A DNA stretch of 64,000 nucleotides from Camelus dromedarius (Eukaryota), in contig NC_087447.1 in the NCBI RefSeq assembly GCF_036321535.1, positions 51,834,001 to 51,898,000 of the forward strand, read 5' to 3'. Position numbers and translations under genes: made by a program. The notes under the pieces were generated by a model. It did not search any database. It was given only the letters and a program-made list of their open reading frames with translations, and was not told the DNA's origin. The first letter of the stretch is position 1. Every line of letters begins with the position of its first letter. Below are positions 24,799 through 37,748 of the stretch, one piece after another.

Positions 24799-25494
24799 AC
24801 TTCCAAGCTTCCACAGGTCCTCAGATATCACTAGGTTAAGGATGAGGACTGTTGCACCTGCGGGCTGAACGTGGCCTTCATCTCCCTTTCACATTTCCCT
24901 AGAGCTTCATAAATGGAGGATGACTTCAGAAGCATTTCACTATGGAAAAAGGGTCTTATCACTATGAAATACAGAAATTCCCCCTTTTGGATCAGGAGGT
25001 CAGATGAGGACTAAGGCACTTTAGAGCAATTATTAGGCTGGAATATATACTCAAACTCACAATACTTTCAGTCAGGGTAGAACTTGCAAAGCCATAACAT
25101 CTCAGTTTGTGGATGGATCCCCCACTAAGACATAGTGAGTTGAAGCAACAATGACACCCACAGCAAGCAGCAGAGAAACAAGCTTCCCAACGTTCAGTAC
25201 ACTGTGCTTTTTACCAAATCACACCTCCTTGGAAGAATAACACAGAAACCCTTGTAAAACTTCTGTGAAGCACACAACTTCAGGATGTTTCCCCGTCTCA
25301 TTCACTGTATATCCCTAGAACTTATCATACAGCCTTGCACATACTATGCACTTCAAATATATATTATTGAACGAATAAACTCCTTACATCATTTTATACT
25401 ACAGAATTTAACACTTCATTACATATTCCCTTATGTTGTCCTCTACATTTCATCTCTTCAACAATACTGACTAATCTGTGAGCACACACCACAC

Positions 25495-25730
25495 AAAGCG
25501 GTAAAAAGACATTACATACAAAAGAGAGCCTTGGGTTGAGTCTATGCTCTACCACGGACTTGCTGTGTGATTTTTAGATGAAGTCATTTACCTCTTTGGA
25601 TCCTGCCTCATCTACAGAATGAGAATCACCACCACTACCATCCACCCTACCTACCTTATAGGGTTTTTATTACACAAACGCACAGAAAGCACCATGTGTG
25701 CAACTCTAAAGCACCACAAATGCCAAGGAT
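25495..25730 (+). mobile_element. MIR SINE
   Basis: ctctaccac…cttgctgtgtga…aagtcatttacctct…ctcatctacagaatgagaat. Confidence 0.65.
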
Positions 25731-25759
25731 CTGACTGTCATCACAATTCTGTAGACACC

Positions 25760-27790
25760 CCTGGGACCTTCACTCCATTGATCCTACCACTGTCCTCTGT
25801 CCTCAATTCCCTCCGTACTCAACTTGCTCCTGTGACACATCATTATAATTATCCCCTGCTTCTTTCTCCTTTCCTCTCATTCACCTGGGAAACCACAATC
25901 CCTGGCTAAGTCTAATTCTCTGCCTACTCTGCCTGTTTCCACTCAGCTGGAGAAAATCACACAACTTTGTTGGCTGCTCCCACTTTAAATTCAAGTCAAC
26001 ACTCCTGCTGCCCAACAGTCCTACTACACTTACCTCCTACATAATGTTCTCTTACTTTTTGGTAAGTCTTTGAACTCCTCTTTCTTTAAATCTCCAGCAC
26101 CTCTGCTCTTTGGTATGACAAAGTAAAAGCAAGCAGAAGAGAATGTACACACGTCCCATCACCAAACTCACCCATCTGCCTGTATCAGTAGCAAAGTGGT
26201 CTGTTACTAGGGGGCATGGACAGTTCATCTAGTCTAAGCCAACCTCCTTCCACTGGAGCAGCCCCTCTCACCCACACATCAAAAGGCTGTAACAATTTTC
26301 CATTCTCTGGAAACACCGCCTTTTCCCTCCCTCCTAGGATCATTCCCATCAGGACACCAACTTCTCCCGTCTCAGAAAAAAAAAATTAAAAGTTTGACTT
26401 GGTCCCATGTTCCCCTCCAACTATGGCCCAGTTTTCTGCTCCTCTTTACAGTAAAACCTCAAAGAGTTTTCTATACTATGAATCTTTATTTCCTCTCCTC
26501 CCATTTTTTTCTTGGAAGCAAACTAATCAGGCTGCCGCCCTCCTGCTCCCCCTGCCCCCACTAAAATAACTCAACTAAGGTCTTAAAGATTTCAGTGCTG
26601 CCAAAGCAACTTTTGGGTTTTACTTGATCTCTCAGCAACATCTGATAACAGTTTAGTATTCCGTCCTCTTTGAAGCACTTTTTTCCCTTGGCTTCACCCT
26701 CTGTTTTCCTCCTATGTCCCTGGCCTCTCTTTTCAGTCTCCAGTGCTGGTTCCCTCTGACCTCCCTGACCTCTAAATGTTGGAATGCCCCAACACCCTGT
26801 TTTCAGACTCTTTCTCTTCTCTTTCTATACCCACTCCCATGTCACAGCTTTAAAAGTCATCTAACTGCTGCTTATCTCTCCAGCGCAAACCCATCCAGAG
26901 TCTTCTGTCCAACTCTTCACTAGTACGCATCTCAAACTTCATATGCTCAAAACTGAGCTCTCAGTATCCTCTAAGCCTGTTTTTCCTGCGACCTCTCCCA
27001 TCTCAGTTAAGAGCAGCTCCAGCCTTCCAGTTGCTCAGTCCAAAAATCCTGATGTCATCATTGACTCCTTCCTTTCACATTCAACATCCAACCTAACAAC
27101 AAATGCGGCTGGTTCAAACAGTTCAAAATGTACCTCCAACCTGGTCACCACTTCGCACCTACACTGTTTTTCATGGCGAGTCCATCATTTTGTCTTCTTC
27201 CTGCTTCTATACATCCTGCAATGTATTCTCAACACAGAAGTTGATGTAAGCAAGAACACGTCACTTCTCTGCACCAAGTCTCTGCTGGCTTTCCATCTCA
27301 CTCAGAGTAAAAGCTGAAGTCCTCACAATGGCCAGTGGGCCTGAGGTGACAGTCCCTCATCCCACAGCTCTCACCTCATCTTCTGCCGCTCTCCGCCTTG
27401 CCCCTTCTGCTCTAGCCACAGTGGCCACACACTCCTGCCTTGGGGTCTTTGCTCTCGCTGTTCCCTCTGCCTGGAATAGTCCTTCCCCAGATATTCCCAT
27501 TGCTTAGCCTTTCCTTCAGGTCTCTATTCAAATGTCACATTACTGGACAGGCTGTTCCTGAGCATCTAACCCTCGCACTCTCTTTCCCCTTGATTCTGCT
27601 ATACTGATCTCACTAACACCTACACCATCTAAAATACCATATTTTTGTTGATTGTCTGTACCCCTCTCCCAGAATGTAAACTCCACGAGGGCAGGGATTG
27701 GTTCTTTTTATGCCATACTGCACTCCCAGTGTTTAGAATCGTGCCTGACACATAGATGGTTATCAAAAAGTATGTATTGGAATAATTAAT
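25760..27790 (+). mobile_element. Long L2 (L2a-like) fragment
   Basis: Pyrimidine-rich L2 ORF remnant with catctcaaacttcatatgctcaaaactgagctc and gctgttccctctgcctggaat. The 3' end reads agaatgtaaactccacgagggcagggatt…gtgcctgacacatag. Confidence 0.85.
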
Positions 27791-28310
27791 AATTCATTTT
27801 CTTACATGAACTCCTTACAGAATCTAGGAGGTCATGGGGATATAACTGGTACCTAATAAGCCTTAGACCGAAATGAAGATTAAGGTATAGGACAGAGCTA
27901 AGGAAAATACATGGAAGTACTGTTGGCTTATAGTCACCTAAAATCTTACCCAGACCCAGCTTACAGAGCTGTGTGTGCTCCTGGGTGTGCATGCAGCAGG
28001 TGCACGCATATGCATGTAAGTGGGGGGGGGGGGGGGTAGCAAGGTGCATTTTTCAAAGGCATTGAAGCTTGTGTTTCAGTTGATGTATCCCCTTCAGTGC
28101 TTGCCTCTGGAGAGAAAGCTGTCTCCACATCACTGGTCTGCAGGTGCAAGCATAAACACACACACAGACAATCTCACAAACAAGAAAAAGATGTTTGCTA
28201 CAGATAACATCGAGCCTGTCAGGCTCTGCTTCCAAGAAGTGGTGCAGGCTGATAAATGGCTGCCTATAAAATGCTGATAAACTTAGGACAGAGCAGGCAA
28301 AGCCATCTAG

Positions 28311-28376
28311 TCTAGTCCCAAATTCACATCCCTCTTCTGCCACTCTAGTCCCAAATTCACATCCCTCTTCTGCCAC
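28311..28376. repeat. Perfect 33-bp tandem duplication
   Basis: tctagtcccaaattcacatccctcttctgccac at 28311-28343 and 28344-28376. Confidence 0.97.
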
Positions 28377-30059
28377 AACCCTCTCTGCTCCAATTCCTTG
28401 CAAATTTTTCCTTGGAAACCGTACACGTAAGAAAAAGCATTAGCAACTTCAAAGAGTCTAGCTCCCTCAGCTGAAATGGACCTCTGCTTCCTCTGAACCT
28501 TCGTAACACTTTTCACGGTGTGTCATTTTTTTTTTTTACAACATATTTACAGATATTTTTGTGTTTGTTGTTTCTTCCCAAGTAGGCAATGAACATCTCA
28601 TATTCCTCTTTCAATCTCCATGGTGGGCATTTGCTAAACATTACTAGTAAGCAAGGCTATTTATCACCGAACCGTTCTTATCTCCTTGGCCTCATGTTAT
28701 GTTTCCTTCCCCTTCCTCCCTTCCTCCCTCCCTTCCTTCCTTCCTTCCTTCTATCCACCCAACAAATATTTATTTCATGCTTACTATGCTACAGGCAACA
28801 TTCTAGATGCTGAGGATACGGCATGATTTCCTGGTCTTACAGAACTTACAGGAGCCTAACAAAGTACTGACTATTCTCCCAACATGCTGCAAAATCACAT
28901 GGCTGCATGGCTTTTCATAAGCTAATGCTTTTTCCTAGAATGCCTTTCAACATGTCTATCTGGAAAATTCCTACACATCTCAGTGCCAGCTTAAGTATCA
29001 CTTCTCCTGGAGGGTCTTTACTAACGTCCCAGATAAAGCTCATGCTCACGTCTTATATTCCCTGTGCTTTCTTTGGCATCTCTTCCATCAACTCTGGCAT
29101 TTCAATTGCTTATATGTCTTCCTCCTCTTTAAGCTCTGAGCATCTTGAGGCTAGGGTTCTGTGTGGCCAACAGTTACTCAGGAGAGAGCTTAGTCTATGT
29201 GGGAACTCAGCAACGATGTACTGACTTTTTTTTCATGCAATCAGTATGATAATCTATGCAAACTGATAAATGCAATTTTAAAAAATAAGCCAGCTTTCAC
29301 AGTAGGAAATAGGGAAGGAGGACAACAGGAGGATTACAGAAAAGAGAATAAGATAAAGGTATGCTGTGGGTTCTCTATGATGTGACTTCTTCAAGCATTT
29401 TGTTCTCTTCATTCTGATAAGTGCAGGGACCATGTAATAAATATTTATAAAGGAGTGTGGGAGGTTCAGCTTGAAAGTGTCCCATGATATAGAAATGAAA
29501 AATTATTATTGAACTACTGACACATAATGCAAGGAGAATATGGGAACCGGAGTCCTGAATATGTTCTTAAAGGGAAAGCTTCTTCAGGACTGTTCTTAAA
29601 TCTACACAAAATCTCCTTCAAAAATAACTCAAAATGGATCATGGACTAAAATGTAATACACAAACGGAATTCAGCAAGATATAAAAAGAATTATACACCA
29701 TGACCAAATGGGGTTTATTCCAAGAATGTAAAACTGACTTCAATATTAAAAAATCAATCAGTATAATCAACCACAGTAATAAGCTGAAGAAGAAAAACCA
29801 CATGGTCCTATAAATCAGTGTGAAAATACATTTGACAAATTTCAACACCCATTCATGATAAAAACCCCCAAAAAATAACAAGAGAGGGGGAACTTCCTCA
29901 ATCTGATAAACAGCATCAACAAAAGACCAACATCGTACTTCATTCTGAAAGACTGAATGCTTTCCCCTAAGATCAGGAACAAGGCAAGAATATCTGCTCT
30001 CACTGCTCTTACTCAACACAGTGCTGGAAGTTCCAGTCAGGGCGATAAAGTAAGAAATG

Positions 30060-30350
30060 GAAGACAAATATCATATGACGTCATTTATATGTGGAATCTA
30101 AAAAAAATACAAATTTTATTTACAAACCAGAAATCGACTCACGGACATAGAAAACAAACTGTGGTTATCAGAGGGGAAAGGGGAGGGGAGGGGAGGGATG
30201 GATTAGGAGTTTGGGATTAGTAGATACACATCACTGTATAGGAAATAGATAAACAACAAGGAGCTACTGTATAGCACAGGGAACTATATTCAATTTCTTG
30301 TCATGAGCTGTAATGGAAAACAATCTGAAAAAAAAATGTATGTATATATA
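30060..30350 (+). mobile_element. Younger cetartiodactyl-type L1 3' end, nested
   Basis: ggattaggagtttgggattagtagatacac…tagataaacaacaagg…ctactgtatagcacagggaactatattcaat. Confidence 0.85.
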
Positions 30351-30451
30351 TTTAAAAAAATCTGTAAAACAGGAAGAAAATACAGTTCCCAAAGGGCCAA
30401 AATTTGAAAAAAAAATGGTATAAAGGGCATACAGGTTGATATACTTGTAGG

Positions 30452-30820
30452 GTATCATGCCAAGTGAAATAAGTCAGACAGAGAAAGACAAATACTGTAC
30501 GACATCACTTACAGGTAGAATCTAAAAAATACAACAAACTAGTCAATATAACAAAGGAAAACAGACTCAACAAATATAGGGAACAAACTAGTGGCTATCA
30601 GCGGGAAGGAGGAAGAGGGGTGGGGCAAGACGGGGTGGGGAATTAAGAGGTACAAACTATCATGTATAAAATAAGTAAGCTACAAGGATACATTGTACAC
30701 CACAGGGAATATAGCCAATATTTTATAATAGCTATAAATGCAGCATACCCTTTAAAAATTGTGAATCACTATGTTGTACACCTGTAACTTATATAATATT
30801 GAACTTTATAATTCAATTTA
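30452..30820 (+). mobile_element. Second nested L1 3' end
   Basis: aagtgaaataagtcagacagagaaagacaaatactg…ggaattaagaggtacaaacta…cacagggaatatagccaatattttataata…aattgtgaatcactatgttgtacacctg. Confidence 0.85.
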
Positions 30821-30958
30821 GGAAAAGGTATATAGATTGAAAAGGAAAAAACAATTGCCCCTATTGGCAGATGACAGGATTGTCTACATAGAAAATCCCA
30901 AGGAATTCAGGAAGAAACTCCTGGGAGAAACACGTGAGCCTGATAAGGTCATAAAATA

Positions 30959-31411
30959 CAGGTTCACCTCATTTTATTGTGTGTTGCTTTATTACACTTT
31001 GTAGACATTGTATTTTCTACAAATTGAAGGTTTGTGGCAACCCTGTGTCAAGCAAATCCAGGCATCATCTTTCCAACAGCATTTGCTTACTTTGTGTCTC
31101 TGTGTTACATTGGGGTATTCTCACAATATTTCAGACTTTTTCATTATTATTTGTTACAGTGATCTGTGATCAGTGATCTTTGAAGTTAGTACTATGACTT
31201 GCTGAAGGCTCACATGACAGCATTTTTTAGAAATATTTAAAAATTAAGGTTGGTACATAGCTTTTTTAGACTTAACGCTACTGTACACTACAGTATAGTG
31301 TAAACATAACTTTTATATGCACTGGAAAACCAAAAAATTTGTGTGACTCATTTTATTGTGATATTTGCTTTACTATGGTGATCTGGAATCAAACTTGCCA
31401 AGGTATGCATG
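30959..31411 (+). mobile_element. Internally deleted Tigger1 derivative (Tigger1a_Art-like, TcMar)
   Basis: The Tigger1 left end (cagg…acctcattttattg…aaattgaaggtttgtggcaaccctg) is joined to the right end (gcactggaaaaccaaaaaatttgtgtgactc…aggtatgcatg). TA flanks both sides (30957-58 and 31412-13), and the host L1 resumes after it. Confidence 0.88.
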
Positions 31412-32379
31412 TATAAGATGAACATACAAAAATTGACCTGCTCCTGTACACTAGCAAATAAACATGTGGGCATAAAAAACAGAAATACAATGCCACTTAT
31501 AATCACTTTTGAAAAAATGAAATAGGTTTGAATCTAACAAAAAGTATTCAGGACATACATGCTGAAAACTATGTAATGCTGATGAAAGAAATTTTTAAAA
31601 ACCTAAATGGAGAGGTGCACCAAGTTCATGGATTGGAAGACACAACATAGTACATCTCTCAAATTGATGTTTAGATTTAACACAATTTCTATCAAAATTC
31701 CAGCAAGTTTTTATAAACGTAGACAAAACTATTCTAAGACATATATGGAAAGGCAAAGAAAGTATAACAGCTAAAACAACTTTGAAAAGGATGATAAGAG
31801 GGAAGAAATCAGCCTGCAAGATTTCAATAATTATTATACAGCCACAGAAGTCAAGACTACGTGGTACTGGCTGAGGGACACACACATAGAACAATGGAAC
31901 AGAACAGAAAACCCAGAAACAGACCCACACAAATACGCTGAACTAATTTCTGACAAAGATGAAAAAGCAATTCAATGGAGGAAAGACAGACCTTTCCACA
32001 AATGGTGCTGAAGCAATTGGGTATCCACAGGGGGAAAATGAACTTCAACCTAAGTCTCACAGCTTATATAAAAATAAACTCCAAGTTAATCATGGGCCTA
32101 CATGAAAAGCTATAACATATTTAGAAAAAACTGGAGGAAATATTTGGGATCTAGGGCTAGGCAAAGAGTTCTTAGACTTGACACCAAAACCATAATCCAT
32201 AAAAGCAAAAGCAAAATTAGACTTCATTGAAATTTAAAACTTTTGCTCCAAAGTCTTTAAGAGGCTAAAAAGACAAGCGACAGAGTGGGGGAAGATATTT
32301 GCCTACTACATGTTCCACAAAGAACTCTTCGACAAAGACATATGAAGAACCCTCAACACTCAATAGTTGAAAAAGGGAA

Positions 32380-32648
32380 CTTAGGTTTACCAGGAGGTAA
32401 AGGGGGTTGGGAGGGATAAATTGGGAGTTTGAAAATTTGCAGATACTAACTACTATATATAAAATAGATAAACAAGGTCCTACTTTATAGCACAGGGAAC
32501 TATATTCAATACCTTCTAATAGCCTATGATGAAATAGAATATGAAAAGGAATATATATTATACGTATGTACAACTGAATCACTGTGCTGTACACCAGAAA
32601 TTAACATCACATTGTAAATTGACTATACTTCAATTCAGAAAATATTTT
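32380..32648 (+). mobile_element. Young cetartiodactyl-type L1 3' end, nested, with TSD
   Basis: gggataaattgggagtttgaaa…agcacagggaactatattcaata…cattgtaaattgactatacttcaat. TSD aaaaagggaa lies at 32370-32379 and 32649-32658. Confidence 0.9.
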
Positions 32649-33389
32649 AAAAAGGGAAACAATCCAATTAGGACATGGACAAAAGACACAAGACATTTCA
32701 CCGAAGAGATGGCAAATGAGCACATGTAAAGGTGTTCAACATCATTAGCCATTTGCGAAACACAAAACCACAATGAAATATTATCACAGACCTTTCAGAC
32801 TGGTTAAAAAAATCGTAACAACACAAAATGCTGGCCATGAGGCAGAGAAAATGGGTCACTCAAACTCTGCTAGTGAGAATCTAAAAGGATACAGCCACTG
32901 TGGAAAACAGATGGGCAGTTTCTTAAAAAAACTAAATGTACAACTACTATATGACCCTGCAATTGTAATCCTGCACTTATCCTAGAGAAACGAAGATTCA
33001 TATTCATACAAAAATGTGTACGTGGATGTTTATGTAATGTAAATTTTATTTACAATAGCCCCAAGCTCGAACAATCTAGATGTCCTTCAATGGGTGAGTG
33101 GTAAATAAACTGTGGTACTTCCACACCATAGGATACTATTCAGCAATAAAAAAACAAACAACGTATTGACACATGCAAAATCCTGAATGAATCTCCAGAG
33201 AATTAAGCTGAATTTTGTCAAAGCCAATCCAAGAAGTTTACACACTGTATGATTCCACTTATAGAAATTCTTGAAATGACAGAATTTACGAATAGTCAGA
33301 AGATTAGTAGTTGTTTGTGGTTAAGGAGAGGGTTGGAGTGCATCAGAAGAGGGTGGCATGAGAGATCCTCATGGTGATAACCATGGGAA

Positions 33390-34140
33390 AAGACAGATTC
33401 TTGGTCTGTATGTCATACCATATGTGAAAATTAATTTTAGATCATTATAAACCCAAATGTGAAATAGGAAACAGTAAAGCATTTAGAGGAAAACTAAGGA
33501 AAATATGTTCATGACTTTGGGGTAGGCAATGATTTCTTGAAGACATAAAAGGTACTAAGATAAGAGAAAAAGTAATCAACTGTACTACATTAGACTTAAT
33601 TTCTGGTCATCAAAAGGCACCATTAAGAGGATGAAAAGCCAAGCCAAGAGAGTGAGAGGAGATATCTGTAATACATATGTCCAATGAAGGACTCATATTC
33701 AGAACATGTTACAAAAAAGTCTACAAATTAGCCAGAAAAAGACAGGCCACTCAATAGAAAAATGGGCAAACGTTTGAATAGGCACTACACAAAAGATGAT
33801 GACCATACAGCAATAAACATATAAAAAGATCTCAATTCCATCCGTCATGGAAATGCAAGTCGATACCACTACACAACCACCAGAATGGTAATAATAAGAA
33901 AGACTGACAATAATAAGTACAGGAAGGATGTGGAGAAACTGAAACTCTCATACCCTGTTTGTAGGAGTGTAAGTTGGTATATCCACTTTGGAAAACTATG
34001 GCAGTGTTTATGAAAGCTGAACATACTCATGCCCCAGGACCCTGTATCTGCTCCTAGGTACTTACCTCAAATAAATGTGTACATATATTTACCAAAATAC
34101 ACACACAAGTATGTTCATCACAGCACCATTCATGACAGCC
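33390..34140 (+). mobile_element. Ancient L1M fragment
   Basis: ggggtaggcaatgatttctt…caatagaaaaatgggcaaa…aggatgtggagaaactgaaactctcatac…ccactttggaaaac. Confidence 0.8.
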
Positions 34141-34359
34141 CATACCATGCCTGATTTTCGGCACTTCCTATCTCAAGTGCTTGTTACCTATAAACTGGAC
34201 TATTCTCACAGCTTCCTAACCAGTTATCCTAATTTAATACTTATAAATGAAGCCAGTTTAATCAGAACAAAACTCTAATCATGTTACTCCCCTCAACTAT
34301 CCAAAAATTTAATGGCTCCCCATCACCTGCAATTTCTAAATCCTATGACTTAGATTTTT

Positions 34360-34690
34360 TAAATTGAAGTTTAAAAATTATTTTCAATGTGGTAAAACAC
34401 ATATAACATAAAATTTACCATTTTAACCATTCTAAGTGTACAGTTCTGTGGCATTACATATATGCACACTGTTGTAGAACCATCAACACCATCCTTCCCC
34501 AGAACTTTATTTTCCTCAACTGAAATTCTGCATCCATTAAATATTAACTCCCCATTTCCCACTACATTCAACCCCTGAAAACCACCATTAGACTTTCTGT
34601 CTCTTTGAGTTTGACTACTCATATATATATGGAATCACACAATATTTGTCCCTTTGTGACTGGTTAATTGCACTTAACATAATTGACTTA
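34360..34690 (-). mobile_element. L1MB 3' end
   Basis: gtggtaaaacacatataacataaaatttaccattttaaccatt…aagtgtacagttc…ctttctgtctct. Confidence 0.85.
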
Positions 34691-35823
34691 TTTTACTTTT
34701 TGCTTAATTCTTGGTATAACCCAGCCAGGCAGAAGAAACGCTATTAATTCTGATAAACAAAAACTAAAACCAAGGGGTACAAATGTAGAAAAATAAGGAG
34801 AGCAGAATGAGATAGATGATGCAGAGTGTGATAAGAAAAGTTTGAGACTGGAGTGAAAAGACCCACGTTATAGTTCTAGCTTTTGCTCTACAACCTTGGA
34901 AAAATTTCTTAACATCTCTTAAGCCTTAATAACCAAATATATAAAAGGGAAAATAACAAAACTAATAATTTTATTTAATTCTCAAAGCAATATTAAGTGT
35001 GAAAGCAACTAGCAAACTCTGAAAAACAGGTGCCAAGAACATAGTTATTGAATCTAAAGCAGCCCAAGGACATGCTGAGATCATGTAACTGGATAAAGGG
35101 TTATCATCATAAAAGATCCCCAGATTTCCAATTCATTGTTTTTTTCACCATTACAGAGGTATCATTTTGTATTCTGTCTTGCTCCACACCACACATCAGC
35201 AGCTCCTCTGAATTTCACTTCTTCTGGTTAAAGGTATTAGGATTCTTCCAGCCTCTCAGATTTAAAATCACCTCCTCCCATTCAACTCTTCCTGCTGCTT
35301 CACTGTTCATGACAAATCAATGAGCTCCTTCTATAGTGTTTAGTAAAACAAGCACAAATCCTGCTAAATGCTTTGAGGGATAAAGAAAAGAGGCAAGACC
35401 CAAGCATTTCTTTCAAGTAACTTACAATGTTTACAACATTGCAGGAAGGTATGCCATGAGTGCGTATCCCTAAGATAAAGTCAGATTTTCAGAAGTACCA
35501 TCAAAAGAGACACAAGATGCTGTTAGATCACTGAAGCAGGGAATCAAACATTTAGGGATGAGCAGGAGAGGGAGAAAGAGAGAACAAGAAAGAGAAACAT
35601 GAATGAATATGAACAATGAAGAAGGTAGGGTTTGACATATGGTTTTGGGAAGGAAGGAGAAAAGGTCAGTTCTTATAGAGCACATAGTATGACCAAGACC
35701 TGGGTATGGGAAAATATAAGATAGGTCCAGAGAATGTGGAATAGTCTTTTTTGAATGTGGAAAAGGAGAAGGAAAGGAAGTGTTTGGTGGTCCTGGAAAG
35801 CCAACACTATCCTAAGAATTTTT

Positions 35824-35887
35824 TTTTAATTGATTGAAGTACAGTTGATTTACAATGTTTCAGGAATACAGCAAAGTGATTCAGTTT

Positions 35888-35951
<64 letters not shown>

Positions 35952-36629
35952 TATATACATACATATACACATACATATATATATACACACACACATATAC
36001 ACATTCTTTTTAAGATTCTTTCCCATTAATAGATTATTACAAATTCCCTGTGCTGTACAGTAGGTCCCTGTTGTTTATCTATTTTATATATAGTAGTATG
36101 TATCTATTAATCCTAAATTTCTAATTTATATCCCCCCTTCCCTCTTTGGTAACCATAAGTTTGTTTTCTATGTCTGTGAGCCTATTTCTGATTTGTAAAT
36201 AAGTTCATTTGTATCATTTTTTTTAAGATTCCACATTTAAGTGATATATATTTGTGTTTATCTGATTTACATAAGTTAGTATGATAATCACTAGGTCTAT
36301 CCACATTGCTGCAAATGGCATTATTTCATTCTTTTTATGGCTGAGTAATATTCCATTGTGTGTGTACACACACACGCATACATACACATACATCACATCT
36401 TTATCTAATCATCTGTCGATGTACATTGAGGTTGCTTCCATGTCTTGGCTGCTATGAACACTGGGGTGCAAATATCTGTTTGAACAAGCAAGAGTTTTCA
36501 TCTTTTCTGGATATATGCCCAGCAGTGGGATTGCTGGATCATATGATAACTCTATTTTTATTTTTTTAAGGAACCTCCATGCCGTTCTTCATAGTGGCTG
36601 CACCAACTTACAATTCCCACCAACAGTGT
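35824..36629 (-). mobile_element. Young cetartiodactyl-type L1 3' end with internal (TA)n(CA)n expansion and TSD
   Basis: attgaagtacagttgatttacaatgtt…ttccctgtgctgtacagtaggtccctgttgtttatctattttatata. TSD actatcctaagaattttt (35806-35823) / accatcctaaggattttt (36630-36647), 16 of 18 identical. Confidence 0.9.
35889..36003. repeat. Compound (TA)n(CA)n(CATATA)n microsatellite
   Basis: Read directly. Confidence 0.95.
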
Positions 36630-37569
36630 ACCATCCTAAGGATTTTTATCTTTCCTTTATTGATAATGGGGAACCACTGAAGAGTACAGATCAGCAGAGA
36701 AATGATAACTATTACTGTGCTCTTAACTGGTAGAATGAGAAAGACCAATCAGAGAAGGGAAAAATAAGAGGCAGGAAAACTAAGTTGTTGCAATAGTCTG
36801 CAACAGTGAGAGAAGGCGGCACGGAAGGAAACAGAAGAAAACACAATGCAAATCACTTTAGTCAACATTGAGGCTTAAAGAAGAATATGACATAGGGGTC
36901 CACCCTCAAGAAAGTCAGAACCTTGCATTTGTCTCCCTGATGAAGAAAACACTACCACCTTCTCTGATGAAACAGAAGTGACTGTTTTCCTTTTGTACCC
37001 AAATCCAGTTAAAAAAACAAACCATTTCACAACCACCAAGACCACAGACATGTACCGTGGGTACATATGGCCCGGAAGTTGCACCATTCCCATCTCTGAG
37101 CAGAGAGTACATATCCCACACGAACCTGTCTCTGCTCCCTGGGTTAGATTCCAAGGTCTCCAAGTATGCAGAATGCAGCCCTGACTTCTTCCTATTGCTC
37201 TTGGCACCTAGAAGACTTAGGTGGACCCCAGTTTAGCTTTACACTGGCCAGATCACACAGGAGTGGTGTGTTTATTTCTGGTGGTGTGAAGTGACTTGAA
37301 ATCCAACGGTATCAGGATTCAGTGAGGTTTTGCCTAGAGTCATGATTGCAGTGTTCTAAGATATAAGGGGGCTGACATACTGAAGAACTTATTTGGGGTG
37401 ATACCAAATATTAAAGCTGAACTAGAGCCAGCAGGGGCATGCTGCAGAAGAGCAGTTAAGAAGAGCTCAGTACAAGTAAGAATTTTCTAGAAGAGTGGCC
37501 CAAAGCAGGTCCCTTGGTAACTGAAGAACTACTCATCACTGAAGATACTTAAGAGGAGTTAGCCTAGGC

Positions 37570-37748
37570 CAGGGGCTAGCAGACTTTCTCTGGAAAGAGC
37601 AGAGAGTAAATATTTCAGTCTCTCACAACTACTCAGGTCTACGGTGGCATAGAAGAAGCCACAGACAATTTGTAAGCAAATGAGAGTGGCTGTATTCCAA
37701 TAAAACTGCTTAGAAAAAGAGGTGGTGGGCAAGATTTGCTGACCTCTA
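37570..37748 (+). mobile_element. MER58A (hAT-Charlie)
   Basis: caggggctagcagactttctctggaaag…agtaaatattt…gtggctgtattccaataaaact…tttgctgacctct. TSD gcctaggc (37562-37569) / gcctagac (37749-37756). Confidence 0.8.

Larger units (their letters stand above)
29600..33380 (+). mobile_element. Old L1 (L1M) ORF2-to-3' UTR remnant hosting several nested insertions
   Basis: L1 ORF2 motifs (acaccatgaccaaatggggtttattccaagaatg; ctttcccctaagatcaggaacaaggcaaga; gcagatgacaggattgtctacatagaaaatcc; aaatggtgctg) continue collinearly across the inserts. Confidence 0.88.

Noticed and set aside
28311..28376. Short direct repeats as a possible CRISPR-like array (also 60170-60223 and 57572-57774)
   Set aside because: There are only two copies each, no regular unique spacers and no cas genes, and the context is a mammalian intron.
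28053..28516. ORFs with repeated peptides (RVAEEGCEFGT x2; WQKRDVNLGL x2)
   Set aside because: They are translations of the 33-bp tandem duplication, not repeat proteins.
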